DNA from: a virus
Lineage: Duplodnaviria; Caudoviricetes
Reading direction: 5' to 3' (one strand)
Length of the DNA stretch: 34,761 nucleotides
IMG/VR virus record: IMGVR_UViG_3300009481_000048
Coordinates: 1-34,761 of that record
Under the pieces are notes generated by a model. That model had not been told where the DNA came from. It saw only the letters and a program-made list of their open reading frames with translations, and did no database searches. The position numbers were made by a program, and so were the translations under genes. How positions within the stretch are numbered: the first letter of the stretch is position 1; each line of letters begins with the position of its first letter. Shown here one piece after another: positions 34,159-34,761 of this stretch.

Positions 34159-34761
34159 TTAGCCCCTATCAATTTTATTAAGGTCTTTAAATATACCCTC
34201 ATTGTGTTCATGAGGTAATTGACTTTTTAATTCTTCTACTTCAGCTTTTAATTCTTTGATTGCTTCAATAAGAACGCCGACCATATTGCCGTAAGCAACT
34301 GATTTAATCTTATCTTCTGAATCATCTTCTTTTACAACTTCTGGTATTATCTTTTCAACTTCTTGAGCTATCACACCCATTTGTTTTTCACCATCAAAGT
34401 CAGTTCTGTTAAAAGTAACACCACGCATTTGACATACTTTATCTAAAGCATTAGGTATTGTTTCAATATTTTCTTTTAGTCTTTCATCTGAGAAAGCAGT
34501 AACATCGTTATTAAATGTAGCCGCTCCAGCAGCTGACATATCTAAAGTTAAAGCAGTTATAGTTGAACCACCGTCATTACCTTTAAATATCATGTCTTTG
34601 TCGCTAACAATACTTTGAATTACAAAGTCAGACGAGCTATTAGTAAAAGAACTTATATGTGTACCATCATCTTTAAATTGAATAGTTCCTGCATCAGCAT
34701 CTAAGATAATTAAAGCAGCAGAATCAAGAAACATATCACCTGAACTTAAATCAATCTCATT
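34159..34761 (-). CDS. Second tail fibre, C-terminal part with S74 chaperone; 5' end outside window
   Basis: Frame stays open from 34734 to window end; FSDERLK, GVIAQEVE, VAYGNMVGVLIEAIKEL. Confidence 0.88.
   Translation of the reverse strand, partial: NEIDLSSGDMFLDSAALIILDADAGTIQFKDDGTHISSFTNSSSDFVIQSIVSDKDMIFKGNDGGSTITALTLDMSAAGAATFNNDVTAFSDERLKENIETIPNALDKVCQMRGVTFNRTDFDGEKQMGVIAQEVEKIIPEVVKEDDSEDKIKSVAYGNMVGVLIEAIKELKAEVEELKSQLPHEHNEGIFKDLNKIDRG

Noticed and set aside
32575-34710. Diversity-generating retroelement or invertible tail-fibre cassette
   Set aside because: Copies differ mainly at synonymous sites rather than adenine-specifically, are in direct orientation, and no reverse transcriptase or invertase is present.
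1-34761. Stop-codon reassignment
   Set aside because: Standard code gives dense intact genes ending in TAA, TAG and TGA with tight coupling.

Overview
An AT-rich (~30% GC by eye) segment of a tailed dsDNA phage genome with short-tailed (podovirus-like) architecture, resembling from recall marine family-A-polymerase phages of the pelagiphage HTVC023P kind (not verified). Almost all genes run on the minus strand. From right to left: two tail-fibre genes with S74 chaperone C-termini and a T-even gp38-like Gly-rich adhesin; a block of six enzyme-like genes directly behind the adhesin (possible PT-barrel protein, cupin, membrane desaturase, three 2OG-Fe(II) oxygenases); tail and small structural genes; two glycosyltransferases; candidate internal/ejection proteins with a GNAT-like gene; a membrane/secreted-protein and holin module; a shortened UDP-glucose dehydrogenase; an exonuclease; an SNF2 helicase (the only convincing plus-strand gene); a replication operon (SSB-like protein, AEP primase, UvrD helicase, Leu762 PolA); and small early-type genes. 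Manual translation found five genes absent from the ORF track, including a 42-aa C-terminally truncated ribosomal protein bS21 (1716-1844) and an integrase arm-binding/GIY-YIG fusion (<1-549). Several sigma70-like promoters place the predicted start site on the ATG (leaderless). Best candidates for new biology: the adhesin plus tailoring-enzyme cassette, and the truncated bS21 alongside leaderless genes. All family calls come from motif recognition; no searches were run.
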